Positions 19,499 to 29,346 of a stretch of 58,070 nucleotides of DNA are shown here, piece after piece (the stretch's first letter is position 1; the number at the start of each line of letters is the position of its first letter). Source of the DNA: a virus (taxonomy: Duplodnaviria; Caudoviricetes). Position numbers and translations under genes: made by a program. The stretch is from positions 1 through 58,070 of the IMG/VR virus record IMGVR_UViG_3300048672_000503; one strand, given 5' to 3'. The notes under the pieces are model-generated. The model did no database searches, was not told the DNA's origin, and worked only from the letters and a program-made list of their open reading frames with translations.

Positions 19499-20175
19499 TA
19501 ACGCATATAGTTGACGATTATTCAAATTTAATAACTGTTGAGCATTCAGACAAGGCAAAGTTTGTTTCGACAGTTGAGTTGTCTTGTAAGCCATTTGTTG
19601 ATTTGCAAGCAGTAATATCTGAATTCAATTTAAAATATGATGTTGATACAGCAGTGGGACAACAACTTGATGTTGTTGGTGAATGGGTTGGCATAAGTAG
19701 ACTATTGCCTATTCCATTGACTGGTGTTTATTTTACGCTTGATTCTGGGCCTGGATTGGACAGTGGTGTTTTGCGAGGTGAATCAGATTCGCTGACTGAG
19801 TTATCATCATTGCCAGATGACATATACAGGGTTTTGATATATTCAAAAATACTAAACAATCATTGGGATGGCTCAAAAACTCAAGCATATGAAATATCAA
19901 ATAGATTGTTTGCATTGAATGGCTATTCACTTTTCATTGTTGATAACTGTAATATGACAATGAATGTGGGTGTTGTTGGTGCAACAACACCACCAGTGAT
20001 TGTTCAAGCGATGCTGCTGAATCATCTATTTGACATCAAACCTGCATCAGTCAAAATAGAAAATTATATTTGGCAAACAACATCAGGTAAAATGTTTCAA
20101 TTCGATGCACAGCCTGGCAATATAAATTTTGGCGGCCTTGATTCAGGCCATTTTGCAACAATAACACAAAATTAA
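19495..20175 (+). CDS. Baseplate wedge protein (DUF2612 type)
   Basis: DVDTAVGQQLDVVGEWVG.SR, L.DD.YR, N.WDG motifs. Confidence 0.85.
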   Translation: MITHIVDDYSNLITVEHSDKAKFVSTVELSCKPFVDLQAVISEFNLKYDVDTAVGQQLDVVGEWVGISRLLPIPLTGVYFTLDSGPGLDSGVLRGESDSLTELSSLPDDIYRVLIYSKILNNHWDGSKTQAYEISNRLFALNGYSLFIVDNCNMTMNVGVVGATTPPVIVQAMLLNHLFDIKPASVKIENYIWQTTSGKMFQFDAQPGNINFGGLDSGHFATITQN

Positions 20176-20187
20176 AAAGGAAAAACA

Positions 20188-20907
20188 ATGGCAACAACAG
20201 AAATAGTACAATTTGGCTCAGGTGGTTCTGGCACTCCAAACGTCCTTAATCAAGCAGATTACAATACATTTTTATCAGGACTATCAGGCAATTCATTTGC
20301 TGATGGTGCGATACCTTCTGCAAAACAGATCAATAAAATAATTAGACAACCTTCTTTTATAGCAGCTGGTTTGGCCAGCTGGATGGTGGCACAAGGTGTG
20401 ACTGTTGCTGATGATGGTAATTTGTCTGCATTGGTATCAGAAATAACCAGTGCGATTGATGCTCATATGGCGTCATATTTAAGCACCAATGGTCTTTTGA
20501 TTCCAACTGGTACGATAATAGCCAATGCTGGCAACTCAACCCCTACTGGCTTTCTGCTTTGCCCTGCTGTTGCCACTGCTATAAGCAGGACAACTTATGC
20601 CGCGTTGTTTGCAGCAATTGGCACATTGTGGGGTGCAGGGGATGGATCAACAACTTTTGGTATGCCATTTTTCCCAAATGATTATGCGATAATCAACTCA
20701 GGCTCTGGCACTGTTGGCACAAACTCAACAGGTTCAATCAAAGCACATACACATACTTTTGGGATACCAGATGGGACAACAGGTTCAGGCGATGCGGTTG
20801 CAACTATTTGGACTAATACAGGTGACCATGCCTACACAACAGATTCCACAGGTGGATCAGAAAACTTTGCAGCAGGCACAAGGTTGAAGTTTTTTGTAAA
20901 AATTTAA
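20188..20907 (+). CDS. Short tail fibre with collar domain
   Basis: S.QINK..RQ.S N-terminus; PTGFLLC..ISRTTYAALFAAIGT.WGAGDGSTTF collar; HTH. Confidence 0.85.
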   Translation: MATTEIVQFGSGGSGTPNVLNQADYNTFLSGLSGNSFADGAIPSAKQINKIIRQPSFIAAGLASWMVAQGVTVADDGNLSALVSEITSAIDAHMASYLSTNGLLIPTGTIIANAGNSTPTGFLLCPAVATAISRTTYAALFAAIGTLWGAGDGSTTFGMPFFPNDYAIINSGSGTVGTNSTGSIKAHTHTFGIPDGTTGSGDAVATIWTNTGDHAYTTDSTGGSENFAAGTRLKFFVKI

Positions 20908-20910
20908 TTC

Positions 20911-20945
20911 ATAAGCACGAATGTCACCATAACATTCGTGCTTAT
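20911..20945. terminator. Bidirectional hairpin between convergent modules
   Basis: ATAAGCACGAATGT / ACATTCGTGCTTAT 14-bp stem. Confidence 0.75.
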
Positions 20946-20950
20946 TTGTT

Positions 20951-21139
20951 CTATCCAAGCACCCTTGATGTCACAACCCTGCCACGATATTCAATCTTGA
21001 ATATCGTGAAAGTGTTTTTTAAAACATTTATTGCTTCAATATTAGTTGGATAGATTCCAACTAAAGTCCATGTGTCACCTTTGAAAGATGACCTACTTTC
21101 CAATTTATAAAGACTGTAATTGCCTTGATCCAAGCTCAT
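20951..21139 (-). CDS. Hypothetical protein (62 aa)
   Basis: ATG 21139 follows the cassette RBS AAAGGTGA. Confidence 0.6.
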   Translation of the reverse strand: MSLDQGNYSLYKLESRSSFKGDTWTLVGIYPTNIEAINVLKNTFTIFKIEYRGRVVTSRVLG

Positions 21140-21144
21140 TTTAT

Positions 21145-21243
21145 TCACCTTTGTATTAGTTTTGAGTTTTAATTTCATATCCGGTGAAAAGTTCTTACCG
21201 GATATGAAACAAATTATAATGCTTTTTTACAAAAAGTAAAGTT
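21145..21243 (-). promoter_or_regulatory. Promoter-hairpin-RBS cassette copy 1
   Basis: - strand TTTACT-N16-TATAAT, CCGGT..ACCGG hairpin, AAAACT tract, AAAGGTGA. Confidence 0.85.
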
Positions 21244-21673
21244 ATTCTTGTCTATATAATTCACCGATGTACTTTTCACCAGCACTTACTCTTAATACTG
21301 CTATTCCATGCGCAGGTATTTTATCATTAATCCCATCCCATGACACACTTAATGAACCAACACTTGTTGAATATTTAACAATGCATTGGGTCTTATTAAT
21401 TTGCAATCCCGAGAAGTCAAGCTGACTCTCATTTGTTGTGCTAAACTTGGTTGCTGAAGCACTTATTGAATTGCTTTGTGCTATCTTTAAGCTGCCAACT
21501 ATGGTTGGAAGTCCACCAACACGGTCAAGTTTCAAGCTGTAATTCCCTGTTGTTATCAAACCTTCACATGGAACGGCCACAGCTTGGACTGATGTTATTG
21601 TTATTGCGTCAGAAGCAATTGGCAGCACTAATAATAAAGCCAAAACACATACACTTTTATATATTTTTTTCAT
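21242..21673 (-). CDS. Hypothetical secreted protein
   Basis: Signal peptide MKKIYKSVCVLALLLVLPIASDA. Confidence 0.65.
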   Translation of the reverse strand: MKKIYKSVCVLALLLVLPIASDAITITSVQAVAVPCEGLITTGNYSLKLDRVGGLPTIVGSLKIAQSNSISASATKFSTTNESQLDFSGLQINKTQCIVKYSTSVGSLSVSWDGINDKIPAHGIAVLRVSAGEKYIGELYRQE

Positions 21674-21696
21674 AATATTCTCTTTGTTAATTAAAG

Positions 21697-21801
21697 TTAA
21701 ACGATTAATTTATATACTATCATCATAAGACCAAGCACCATTATCAAGCAGATGATAAACATCTTGATAAGGTTTAAAAACAATTTATTGTTAAATCTCA
21801 T
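21697..21801 (-). CDS. Tiny single-TM protein (34 aa)
   Basis: Manual translation MRFNNKLFLNLIKMFIICLIMVLGLMMIVYKLIV; fills the operon gap. Confidence 0.4.
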   Translation of the reverse strand: MRFNNKLFLNLIKMFIICLIMVLGLMMIVYKLIV

Positions 21802-21804
21802 ACT

Positions 21805-21966
21805 TCACACTTCACCCTTCCCATTGCAAATGGGACAAACAGAACCATCAAATTTGCCCTCACCGCTGCCATTGCAGCATGGGCAAATAACACCTTCTGG
21901 CTCTATATCATCAACAAAATCACCTTCATTATAATATCCATCAACCCAACCATCACTTGATATCAC
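21805..21966 (-). CDS. Small DnaJ-type zinc-finger protein (53 aa)
   Basis: Manual translation contains CPCCNGSG and CPICNGKG. Confidence 0.6.
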   Translation of the reverse strand: MISSDGWVDGYYNEGDFVDDIEPEGVICPCCNGSGEGKFDGSVCPICNGKGEV

Positions 21967-21968
21967 AA

Positions 21969-22562
21969 TCAAAATCCTGATAATTCAATTGCTTTAAAGA
22001 TAAAATCTTTCCATTTTTTCCACCATTCAAGTGCGCCATCATCCATTTTTCTAATTTCTTTATCTGAAAAGCTTTTCCACTCATTATGAGTAAAGTTTTT
22101 GCAGCCTATTTGCATAACATCTTTTGTGTATGTAATATGGTATTTTTCAACGATTATATTTTTTATTTCCCTCATATTTCCGATGACATCTCTTAAGTCA
22201 GCACGACTCAAGTTAGCATCTCTCAAGTCAGCATGACTCAAGTTAGCAACTCTCAAGTTAGCAACTCTCAAGTTAGCAACTCTCAAGTCAGCATGACTCA
22301 AGTTAGCATGACTCAAGTTAGCATCTCTCAAGTCAGCATGACTCAAGTCAGCATGACTCAAGTTAGCATTTCTCAAGTTAGCATCTCTCAAGTCAGCATC
22401 TCTCAAGTTTGAGCCGATCAAGTTTGCACCTCTCAAGTTTGAGCCGCTCAAGTTTGAGCCGCTCAAGTTTGAGCCGCTCAAGTTTGCGTCGCTCAAGAAA
22501 GCATTTGAAAGATCAGTAAAATCACCGATCAATACTTTTGTATATCTGTTGTAAATTTTCAT
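21969..22562 (-). CDS. Pentapeptide-repeat protein
   Basis: About 20 A(N/D)Lxx repeats encoded by 15-bp tandem repeats; C-terminal IGC..H..W domain. Confidence 0.9.
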   Translation of the reverse strand: MKIYNRYTKVLIGDFTDLSNAFLSDANLSGSNLSGSNLSGSNLRGANLIGSNLRDADLRDANLRNANLSHADLSHADLRDANLSHANLSHADLRVANLRVANLRVANLSHADLRDANLSRADLRDVIGNMREIKNIIVEKYHITYTKDVMQIGCKNFTHNEWKSFSDKEIRKMDDGALEWWKKWKDFIFKAIELSGF

Positions 22563-22566
22563 TTCA

Positions 22567-22655
22567 TTCACCTTTGTATTAGTTTTGAGTTTTATATTAG
22601 TCCATATTTCTCTGGGCTTGAAACATATTATAGTGTTTTTTTACAAAAAGTCTAC
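22567..22655 (-). promoter_or_regulatory. Promoter-hairpin-RBS cassette copy 2 (diverged)
   Basis: Same RBS and AAAACT tract; TATAAT retained; shorter hairpin. Confidence 0.7.
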
Positions 22656-22663
22656 ATTTATTC

Positions 22664-24457
22664 TTACAGTTCTGAAAATAATTTCAAGCCTTTGTTTATT
22701 ATGGTGTCTGCAACATCCTTTTTGTCCATTAAGCACTTAACGACTATTTCATCAATCGTGCCTTCAGCAACAATATTAATGTAGGTGACTGATTTGGTTT
22801 GCCCTATCCGGTGTGCCCTATCCTCACTTTGTAACCTATTGCTTAGGCTAAAGTTATTGCTGAAATATATCACATAGCTTGCAGCCACCAAAGTTATTCC
22901 GGTTCCACCTGCTTGCTGATTCCCTATGAAAACATCAGCATCACCATTTTCAAAAGCATCAATGGCTCCAATCCTATCAGTTTTTTTAATCTCACCATAA
23001 TACTCAACACAATTGAATCCAGCTGCTTTTAAACGACCCGATATGTCTTTTATCTCAGTGGTGTATCTTGCCCATATAATGGCCTTTTCACCGGCATTTA
23101 CAATCGACTCTACGCGGTTTTCAAGCAAGTCAAGCTTAGGATTATCACCAGGAATCTTCACAGGCTCTGCTGATAAAGGGTGAATATAATAACCTGATGT
23201 TATTTGGGCAAGTTTTGTGATTGCTGTTAGTTTGCTGAATGGGGTGTTTTCACCTTCAAACTCTAATCTACATTCTTCTTTTGCTTTTTTGTAAATTTCT
23301 TCTTGTTCTGCTGTTAGCTTAAAAAAAGCAGTTTTGTAAACTTTGTCAGGTAAGTCCAAGCACTCATCTTTTGTTACGCGGAAGCTATGTGGTGCTATCA
23401 ATCTGGAAAGCTTGTCAAGGTTTTTAAACTTCTTCTTGCCAGTTCTTTTATCAACATCAACAATTTGTGGCATTCGTTTGCTGCTTGATGTTCTGTGAAC
23501 TTCTGCTGTGTGATCAGTTGCAATTTTATCCAGTGCTGCAAGCATTTTAAGAACTTCTGTTTTGGCGCCATTTTGAACATTTGGATTGAATTGGTTTCTT
23601 AACTTTTCAGTCAATTCAGGCAATTCTTCATAATCCGACATTTGGATTGCCAATGATATGTTGTTTGCTGCTGTGATAAGACTTGTTGATCTCGATTTAT
23701 TAATCAATGTAATGATATCAGATGCTGTCAAATACATTTTCTCAATTTCAGCTCTTCTCCATGGCACTTTTGTTTTGGCTATCTTTTGAATAATTCTGCT
23801 ATTGTTATCAACCATCTCAGCATATTCTGCTTTAAAAGCATAGAAGCTGGTGGTTTGTAGGATGTTTTCATCAAGGAAAGAAAATTGATTAAAAGCATCA
23901 AATGGTGAATTATTGATGGGGGTGCCGCTCATAATCCTACGCCAAGTTGACAACTTTTTCAACTTGTTTAAATTCTTTGCCCTGGTCGTTGTTGGATTTT
24001 TTATAGCATCGCTCTCATCACAAACAATCATCAATTTGCTTGATGTTTGCGCAAACTTAATTGCTTCATCAATGCCTGACTTGTGCTGTAATGCCTCCCA
24101 GTTCATCGTTAAAACACGCAAAGCACTACCACTAGGAGCATACAATGCATCCAGCTCTGATCTGTATTTCTTGCTTTTATCTGGCTTCCAAGCAACTGCT
24201 TTATAACGTACCCAATCTGGCATATGCTTTGGCAATTCCAATCGTGTCCAGTTTGTATGAACGCCACTTGGTGCCAAGACAAGAACTGAATCACAATCAC
24301 CACTTGACCATAAATCAGCCACATTATTGATTATGATCCAGCTTTTGCCTGTGCCCATGTCAGCCAGCAGTGCAAAATATTTTCTGCGACCAAACTTGTT
24401 CAAGCACTCAAGTTGGTGCTTATAGGGTTTAGTCTTGAATTTGCTGTCTTCAACCAT
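22664..24457 (-). CDS. SNF2-family DNA helicase
   Basis: DMGTGKS, DES, SGTP..N, GGTGITL, QSEDRAHRIGQ. Confidence 0.92.
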   Translation of the reverse strand: MVEDSKFKTKPYKHQLECLNKFGRRKYFALLADMGTGKSWIIINNVADLWSSGDCDSVLVLAPSGVHTNWTRLELPKHMPDWVRYKAVAWKPDKSKKYRSELDALYAPSGSALRVLTMNWEALQHKSGIDEAIKFAQTSSKLMIVCDESDAIKNPTTTRAKNLNKLKKLSTWRRIMSGTPINNSPFDAFNQFSFLDENILQTTSFYAFKAEYAEMVDNNSRIIQKIAKTKVPWRRAEIEKMYLTASDIITLINKSRSTSLITAANNISLAIQMSDYEELPELTEKLRNQFNPNVQNGAKTEVLKMLAALDKIATDHTAEVHRTSSSKRMPQIVDVDKRTGKKKFKNLDKLSRLIAPHSFRVTKDECLDLPDKVYKTAFFKLTAEQEEIYKKAKEECRLEFEGENTPFSKLTAITKLAQITSGYYIHPLSAEPVKIPGDNPKLDLLENRVESIVNAGEKAIIWARYTTEIKDISGRLKAAGFNCVEYYGEIKKTDRIGAIDAFENGDADVFIGNQQAGGTGITLVAASYVIYFSNNFSLSNRLQSEDRAHRIGQTKSVTYINIVAEGTIDEIVVKCLMDKKDVADTIINKGLKLFSEL

Positions 24458-24725
24458 TCATTTCACCTTTGTGTTCTAAGTAATATTTTTTTGCAGCAAT
24501 TTTAGCATCTGAAAAATTGTTGAATAAAGTTTTGCTTACTCTAAATTTGTTTTCACCAAAAAGAATTTTGAATTTGTAGCCTTTAAACTCAGCACGCCAT
24601 GATCCACCTATTGGGAAAACTAGCATGACTTCTTCACCATTATCTTTTAAATAGTGGCTTCTTGGACCTGCACCTATTGCTGCTAAACCAATTTCTTTTC
24701 CAGACATAATCCATCTAATTGCCAT
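24450..24725 (-). CDS. Hypothetical protein
   Basis: ATG 24725 after cassette RBS. Confidence 0.65.
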   Translation of the reverse strand: MAIRWIMSGKEIGLAAIGAGPRSHYLKDNGEEVMLVFPIGGSWRAEFKGYKFKILFGENKFRVSKTLFNNFSDAKIAAKKYYLEHKGEMNG

Positions 24726-24729
24726 GATA

Positions 24730-24829
24730 TTCACCTTTATATTAGTTTTGAGTTTTAGTTTAGTCCGGCAAGAACTTTTTACCGGACTTTAAACAAATTA
24801 TAATGCTTTTTTACAAAAGGTAAAGTTTT
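24730..24829 (-). promoter_or_regulatory. Promoter-hairpin-RBS cassette copy 3
   Basis: Near-identical to copies at 30645 and 39286. Confidence 0.85.
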
Positions 24830-25267
24830 TTATTTTTGAATCAATATTTCCCTAAGTTTTGTCCATTTTGTTTTATCTTTATCACCACGAAGCATTTGCC
24901 AAGTGGAAACACGGATTAATTCAACAACAGTCATTCCATTCAATTCATCACCATATTTGCCATCAATTAATAGCCAGCGGACATCAGAAGCTATTAAAAT
25001 CCACCCTTTGCCACTTGAATTTCTTTGTCGTAAGAGCCAATTTTTTTGATCCTGGGATAGCCTATGGTTTGAGCCAAAAAGCGGTGTAGTGGCTCTTTTT
25101 GGCTCTTTTGGTGATTTTAATTCTATCCAGCACTCCACCCCTTCAGCACAAAAATTAATATCTGGATTGCCAACACCTACTATGTTTTCAATCCTGTCAA
25201 TCCTGTCCATTGGCTTGGTCATGTTACGCCTCAAAATTTGGTAATCTTTCTTTTCAGTGTTAGCCAC
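24830..25267 (-). CDS. VRR-NUC / PD-(D/E)XK nuclease (resolvase-like)
   Basis: RIEN...G.PD....G...WIELK..LS.DQ.NW; probable GTG start at 25267. Confidence 0.75.
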   Translation of the reverse strand: MANTEKKDYQILRRNMTKPMDRIDRIENIVGVGNPDINFCAEGVECWIELKSPKEPKRATTPLFGSNHRLSQDQKNWLLRQRNSSGKGWILIASDVRWLLIDGKYGDELNGMTVVELIRVSTWQMLRGDKDKTKWTKLREILIQK

Positions 25268-25577
25268 TGTTTTTAACCTTGGCAATTGCCAGCTGATGCT
25301 TTTTATTTTTAGCACCAATGATTGCCTTTGTTTCATCAGTGTGTTTTTTGCCAACCCTAGATGCTGCTATGGCCGCTTTTGCTTCATCAGTGTGCTTATA
25401 GCCAAGCCCAATTTTATTTTCAGATGCTCTTTTTGATAAATAAGCGCGATGTTCATCTGAAAAGTTTTTTGGCACGCCTTTGAAGATTGCACTTAATTTT
25501 GCTTTTGTTTCTTCAGATGGTTTGTGCCCAAACATGTTCTTTTTTTGTTCATCTGTCATTTTTACACCTTTTTTCAT
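25260..25577 (-). CDS. NUMOD3-repeat DNA-binding protein with no nuclease domain
   Basis: GHKPSEETKAKLS, GYKHTDEAK, GKKHTDETK repeats; ATG overlaps upstream TGA. Confidence 0.75.
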   Translation of the reverse strand: MKKGVKMTDEQKKNMFGHKPSEETKAKLSAIFKGVPKNFSDEHRAYLSKRASENKIGLGYKHTDEAKAAIAASRVGKKHTDETKAIIGAKNKKHQLAIAKVKNSG

Positions 25578-25846
25578 ATCAACTCCAATAGTTTTTCTTT
25601 GATGATGTGGTACATGCAAGTTACATAATTGATTTTCACTTGGTGCTGTTTATAATCATTTGGCCTGTCTTTTTTCTTAACATTGCACCCCGCTTTCTTG
25701 CCAGCGTGCTTTGCGTTCCAACTCCGCATTGATCTAACGCTTGAAAAATGATCTGATGGCCGTTCTTTCCAGATTAAATCACCATCACCATCAACATACA
25801 AACAATCTTGCAAATATTTTGTTTCAATTTCTTCTGTTGCTTTCAT
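25574..25846 (-). CDS. Protein resembling the N-terminal domain of phage HNH homing endonucleases
   Basis: LY..G.LIWKERP..HF.....WN.KHAGK.AG; ends before any HNH core. Confidence 0.65.
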   Translation of the reverse strand: MKATEEIETKYLQDCLYVDGDGDLIWKERPSDHFSSVRSMRSWNAKHAGKKAGCNVKKKDRPNDYKQHQVKINYVTCMYHIIKEKLLELI

Positions 25847-25854
25847 TCAACACC

Positions 25855-26250
25855 TTACTCATACTTGTCAGAAACACACTTGATGGATTCTGGGATTAAA
25901 AAATCAATTGACTTGCCATTTGGCAGCACAGCCTTTGTTAGCCAATCACTTCTTTGTTCAAACTTTAAAGCAAATTCATTGGCAAACAAAGTAAATAACT
26001 TGCTTAAATCCAATGTTGATTGCCTGCAAGAATAAACTATTATGTCACAATCCTTTCTTAATTCACCATCATATAGCAAAGCACCATATAAGCACCCACC
26101 TGTGAGAGCAACATGATGGTCTACAGTTCTTGCAATTGCCTCAAGTTTGCTCACAAACTCAATTGCTTCTTGCTGAGACCAATGCAATTGATTCTTGCTG
26201 ATACCAATATAATTGCATTGGGTTTTCCAAAAATCATCAAATAGATTCAT
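25855..26250 (-). CDS. Putative minimal nucleotidyltransferase (Pol-beta fold)
   Basis: ALTGG..., RKDCDII (DxD) and a third Asp in SIDFL. Confidence 0.55.
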   Translation of the reverse strand: MNLFDDFWKTQCNYIGISKNQLHWSQQEAIEFVSKLEAIARTVDHHVALTGGCLYGALLYDGELRKDCDIIVYSCRQSTLDLSKLFTLFANEFALKFEQRSDWLTKAVLPNGKSIDFLIPESIKCVSDKYE

Positions 26251-29006
26251 TTTAACACCTTATACTTAGTTATAAATAAATACCTTATTCCATTCCAAAA
26301 TCTGGCACGAACCATCAAATGAGAACCAACAGGCACATTTTCAACAATGTCTATGCCGATTCTGAAATAATCTTTGCGTCCTATTCTTCCACCTATTATT
26401 CCTGTGTCATCCCTTAGTCGGATGTCAAGATATTCCAACTGTCCTGTTTCAATTTTACCATCACGTTTCTTAATTTCATTTTCTTCATTTGCATTTCTTG
26501 GATTTTTATGCACCAATTCACCGATGACCACACGTTCTTCGCCGTGTGGTATGCCTTCTTTTATATCACCAATTTTCCAAACTTTACCAACAATGCCATT
26601 GGCTTCTGGATTATCATAAATGTGTTTGTATAAAGAATCGAATGGAAAGATATCACCATATATTCTTTCACATTTTTCTATTGTCTCTAATTGCTTTTTA
26701 GTCAGCCTGTTGGCATCCCTATCTGCCATCAATTTTTCTGCTTTCTTTTCACCAATCCCTTTCAGAGCTGTAAAACCACCAACAAGTTTGCCATCACTAA
26801 CACCCCAATTAATTTTTGATAATTTGATATCAAATGCTATGTGCTCAACACCTTCCTTATGGAGTTCACGAAGCAATAACAATGCGCTTTCTTCATCTTT
26901 GGCATTCCGCAAATTGGCTGCAGCAAACTCTAGCAAATGGTTTGCTTTCAAATAAGCACACCAATAACTGATTACAGCATAAGAATAGGTATGTGCTTTG
27001 TTCATGGCCCATGAGCCCATTCCATTTATCATCCTCCAGATGGCATCAGCTTCAACTTCTGCCATCCCTTGTGACGTTGCCCCTGCTATGAATTTCACTC
27101 TATGCTTCTCAAAATATTCATTGCCCATTGATTTAGACATTGCTTTTCTAATTGCGGTTGTTTCCTCCCAGTTAAACAAACCTATGTTTTTAACAATTGC
27201 CAATGTTTGCTCTTGATAAACAGGCAAACCATAGGTGTCTGCCATGTATTCCTCAACCAAAGGATGCATTGATGAAAATGTTTTGCCATTCTTTCTTTCG
27301 ATGTATTTTTGTGTTATGCCTCCACCAAATGGCCCAGGCCGTGCTAAAGCAGACACAGCATCAAATTCATTTAATGTTTCAAATTTGATGCTTTCAGCAA
27401 CAGATCGCACGGATTCACCTTCAAATTGGAAAATTCCACAATAACGGTGATTATTCATCAGTTGATAAGTTTTTTCATCATCAAATTTTAAATCATACCA
27501 ATTGATACCAACATCTGAATCCTCCAAAATTGCTAGGGTTCTGAGCCCAAGCACATCAATTTTCAGCAGACCAAGCCATTCAGCAGCTGTCTTTTCAATA
27601 TGAGCTATTCCCAGATCATCAACAACACAATAGTTTGTTATTTCTTCATTACAAATTAATAAGCCAGCAGCATGAACCCCAGTATGTGAAGCATGACCTT
27701 CAATGACTTGTGATAATTTTGCTGCTGGATAGTTTTTTATAAAGTCTTGTCCTGGCTTTGTTGTTGTGAATGTATCTTCAAGACAATTGGTTACACGCTC
27801 ATCAGCTGATGATCGCTCAATCATCGCCACTTTTACAGCAGCAGTGGAAGATGCCGGAATATTCAAGGCTTTGCAAACGGTTATTAAAGTGCTTTTTGGT
27901 TTGAATTTGCTTATTGTCCCAATGTGCGCAACATTATTTGATCCATACTTTTCAGCCATGTATTCAAAAATGATGTGCCGTTTGTTGTCTGGAAAATCTA
28001 AGTCAATATCAGGCAAGTCTGATCTGCTAACATCGATGAATCTTTCAAAATACAACTTTGGTGGAATTGGATCAATTTCTGTGATTCTTGTTAAATAGCA
28101 CACCAACGATCCAGCTGCTGAACCACGTGATGGCCCAACAAGCACATTATTGTTTTTAGCATAATGAACCATATCTGCAACAACAATAAAATATGAATCA
28201 AAATCCTTTGACCTGATTAGACCAATCTCATAATTCAAACGTTCTTCATATTCATCAGTCCAAATTCCATCCATCTTTCTGTATTTGATGCCATCACGAC
28301 ATAGTCTCTCAAGATCACCTTCAGCACGGATCATTGGCGCAATTGAAATTTCCAAGCCTTCACAATCTTGAGCAATATTTTCAGCAACATCTTGATTATC
28401 AAGCTCATCAAGAACATATTGTGGAGTCATCTTTTTGCCAGACTTGCTTATGAGTTGAAACACATCAGCATCTTCAGGTTTGCAAAATGCATTATCCGAA
28501 ACATCCACAACAGCAAGTTTGTATTTTGCAGCAATCTTTTTCTTTTGATTATTCAAAATTCTGCTTGCAGGTGAAAGATCAATGATGGCACCAACTTTTT
28601 GCAAAAACTCACCATCAGTTATGTCACCAGCAAACTTGAATATATTATCTGACATCCCAATGACTTGGTGCTTATAAATACGCGGTATTTTGCCTGTCCT
28701 TAATGATATTTTTTGGCCATAGGCTTTCGATATGGCTTTATACAGTTCATTTAATCCTGGCTTATTTTTGGCTAAAAACCACATCTTTTGAGGGATATCA
28801 TCATCAGACACTGTGATTTCAATTCCAAGCATGGGTTGAATGCCAGCTGCTTTGCACGCTTTGTAGAATGGAATGTGACCCCAAGTATCACCATCAACTA
28901 TGCCAGCATGAGTACAGCCAATTTCTTTAAGTCTTGCTATGACATTTTTAATTGGGGCATATGTCTGACCAAAGCTATACTCAGTTTTAATTTTTAATTG
29001 TATCAT
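26247..29006 (-). CDS. dnaE: DNA polymerase III alpha subunit (family C)
   Basis: GPSRGSAAGSL, FERFID..R.DLPDIDLDF, GVHAAG, KIDVLGL, GIFQFE, YQEQ, NKAH..SY. Confidence 0.95.
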   Translation of the reverse strand: MIQLKIKTEYSFGQTYAPIKNVIARLKEIGCTHAGIVDGDTWGHIPFYKACKAAGIQPMLGIEITVSDDDIPQKMWFLAKNKPGLNELYKAISKAYGQKISLRTGKIPRIYKHQVIGMSDNIFKFAGDITDGEFLQKVGAIIDLSPASRILNNQKKKIAAKYKLAVVDVSDNAFCKPEDADVFQLISKSGKKMTPQYVLDELDNQDVAENIAQDCEGLEISIAPMIRAEGDLERLCRDGIKYRKMDGIWTDEYEERLNYEIGLIRSKDFDSYFIVVADMVHYAKNNNVLVGPSRGSAAGSLVCYLTRITEIDPIPPKLYFERFIDVSRSDLPDIDLDFPDNKRHIIFEYMAEKYGSNNVAHIGTISKFKPKSTLITVCKALNIPASSTAAVKVAMIERSSADERVTNCLEDTFTTTKPGQDFIKNYPAAKLSQVIEGHASHTGVHAAGLLICNEEITNYCVVDDLGIAHIEKTAAEWLGLLKIDVLGLRTLAILEDSDVGINWYDLKFDDEKTYQLMNNHRYCGIFQFEGESVRSVAESIKFETLNEFDAVSALARPGPFGGGITQKYIERKNGKTFSSMHPLVEEYMADTYGLPVYQEQTLAIVKNIGLFNWEETTAIRKAMSKSMGNEYFEKHRVKFIAGATSQGMAEVEADAIWRMINGMGSWAMNKAHTYSYAVISYWCAYLKANHLLEFAAANLRNAKDEESALLLLRELHKEGVEHIAFDIKLSKINWGVSDGKLVGGFTALKGIGEKKAEKLMADRDANRLTKKQLETIEKCERIYGDIFPFDSLYKHIYDNPEANGIVGKVWKIGDIKEGIPHGEERVVIGELVHKNPRNANEENEIKKRDGKIETGQLEYLDIRLRDDTGIIGGRIGRKDYFRIGIDIVENVPVGSHLMVRARFWNGIRYLFITKYKVLK

Positions 29007-29187
29007 CTTTATTCCAAAATGGGTGAACTACTCTTTCATAAACTTTCTTTTCATTCGCCTTGGCTTTTGTTACTTCTACAACAGGCTTATTTTTACAATA
29101 GCACCTATAGTATCTGGAGTGCCAGCCAAGCTCACAAGGTCTGCATTTAATCCAATTATTCTCTGTCATGACGTTTGTCAACTCCAT
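28987..29187 (-). CDS. Small Cys-containing hypothetical protein
   Basis: CxxC and CxC; overlaps neighbours. Confidence 0.45.
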   Translation of the reverse strand: MELTNVMTENNWIKCRPCELGWHSRYYRCYCKNKPVVEVTKAKANEKKVYERVVHPFWNKDDTIKN

Positions 29188-29344
29188 GCCACTCTATGTG
29201 TCTTCCAGTTATTGTTTCAGTTTTCAATTGCATTATCTCACCACAAACCTTGCACCTGAGTTGTGTTCTTGACTTGAATTTCCATTTGTGTTTATCACAA
29301 GGCACTTTGGCATGGACAAAGTTTTTTAAAAAATTGAATAACAT
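29156..29344 (-). CDS. Small zinc-finger-like protein
   Basis: C.KH.W........CKVCG. Confidence 0.55.
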   Translation of the reverse strand: MLFNFLKNFVHAKVPCDKHKWKFKSRTQLRCKVCGEIMQLKTETITGRHIEWHGVDKRHDRE

Positions 29345-29346
29345 GG

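Noticed and set aside
23470-23800. Intein in helicase
   Set aside because: No C/S start, HN-C/S/T end or LAGLIDADG motifs
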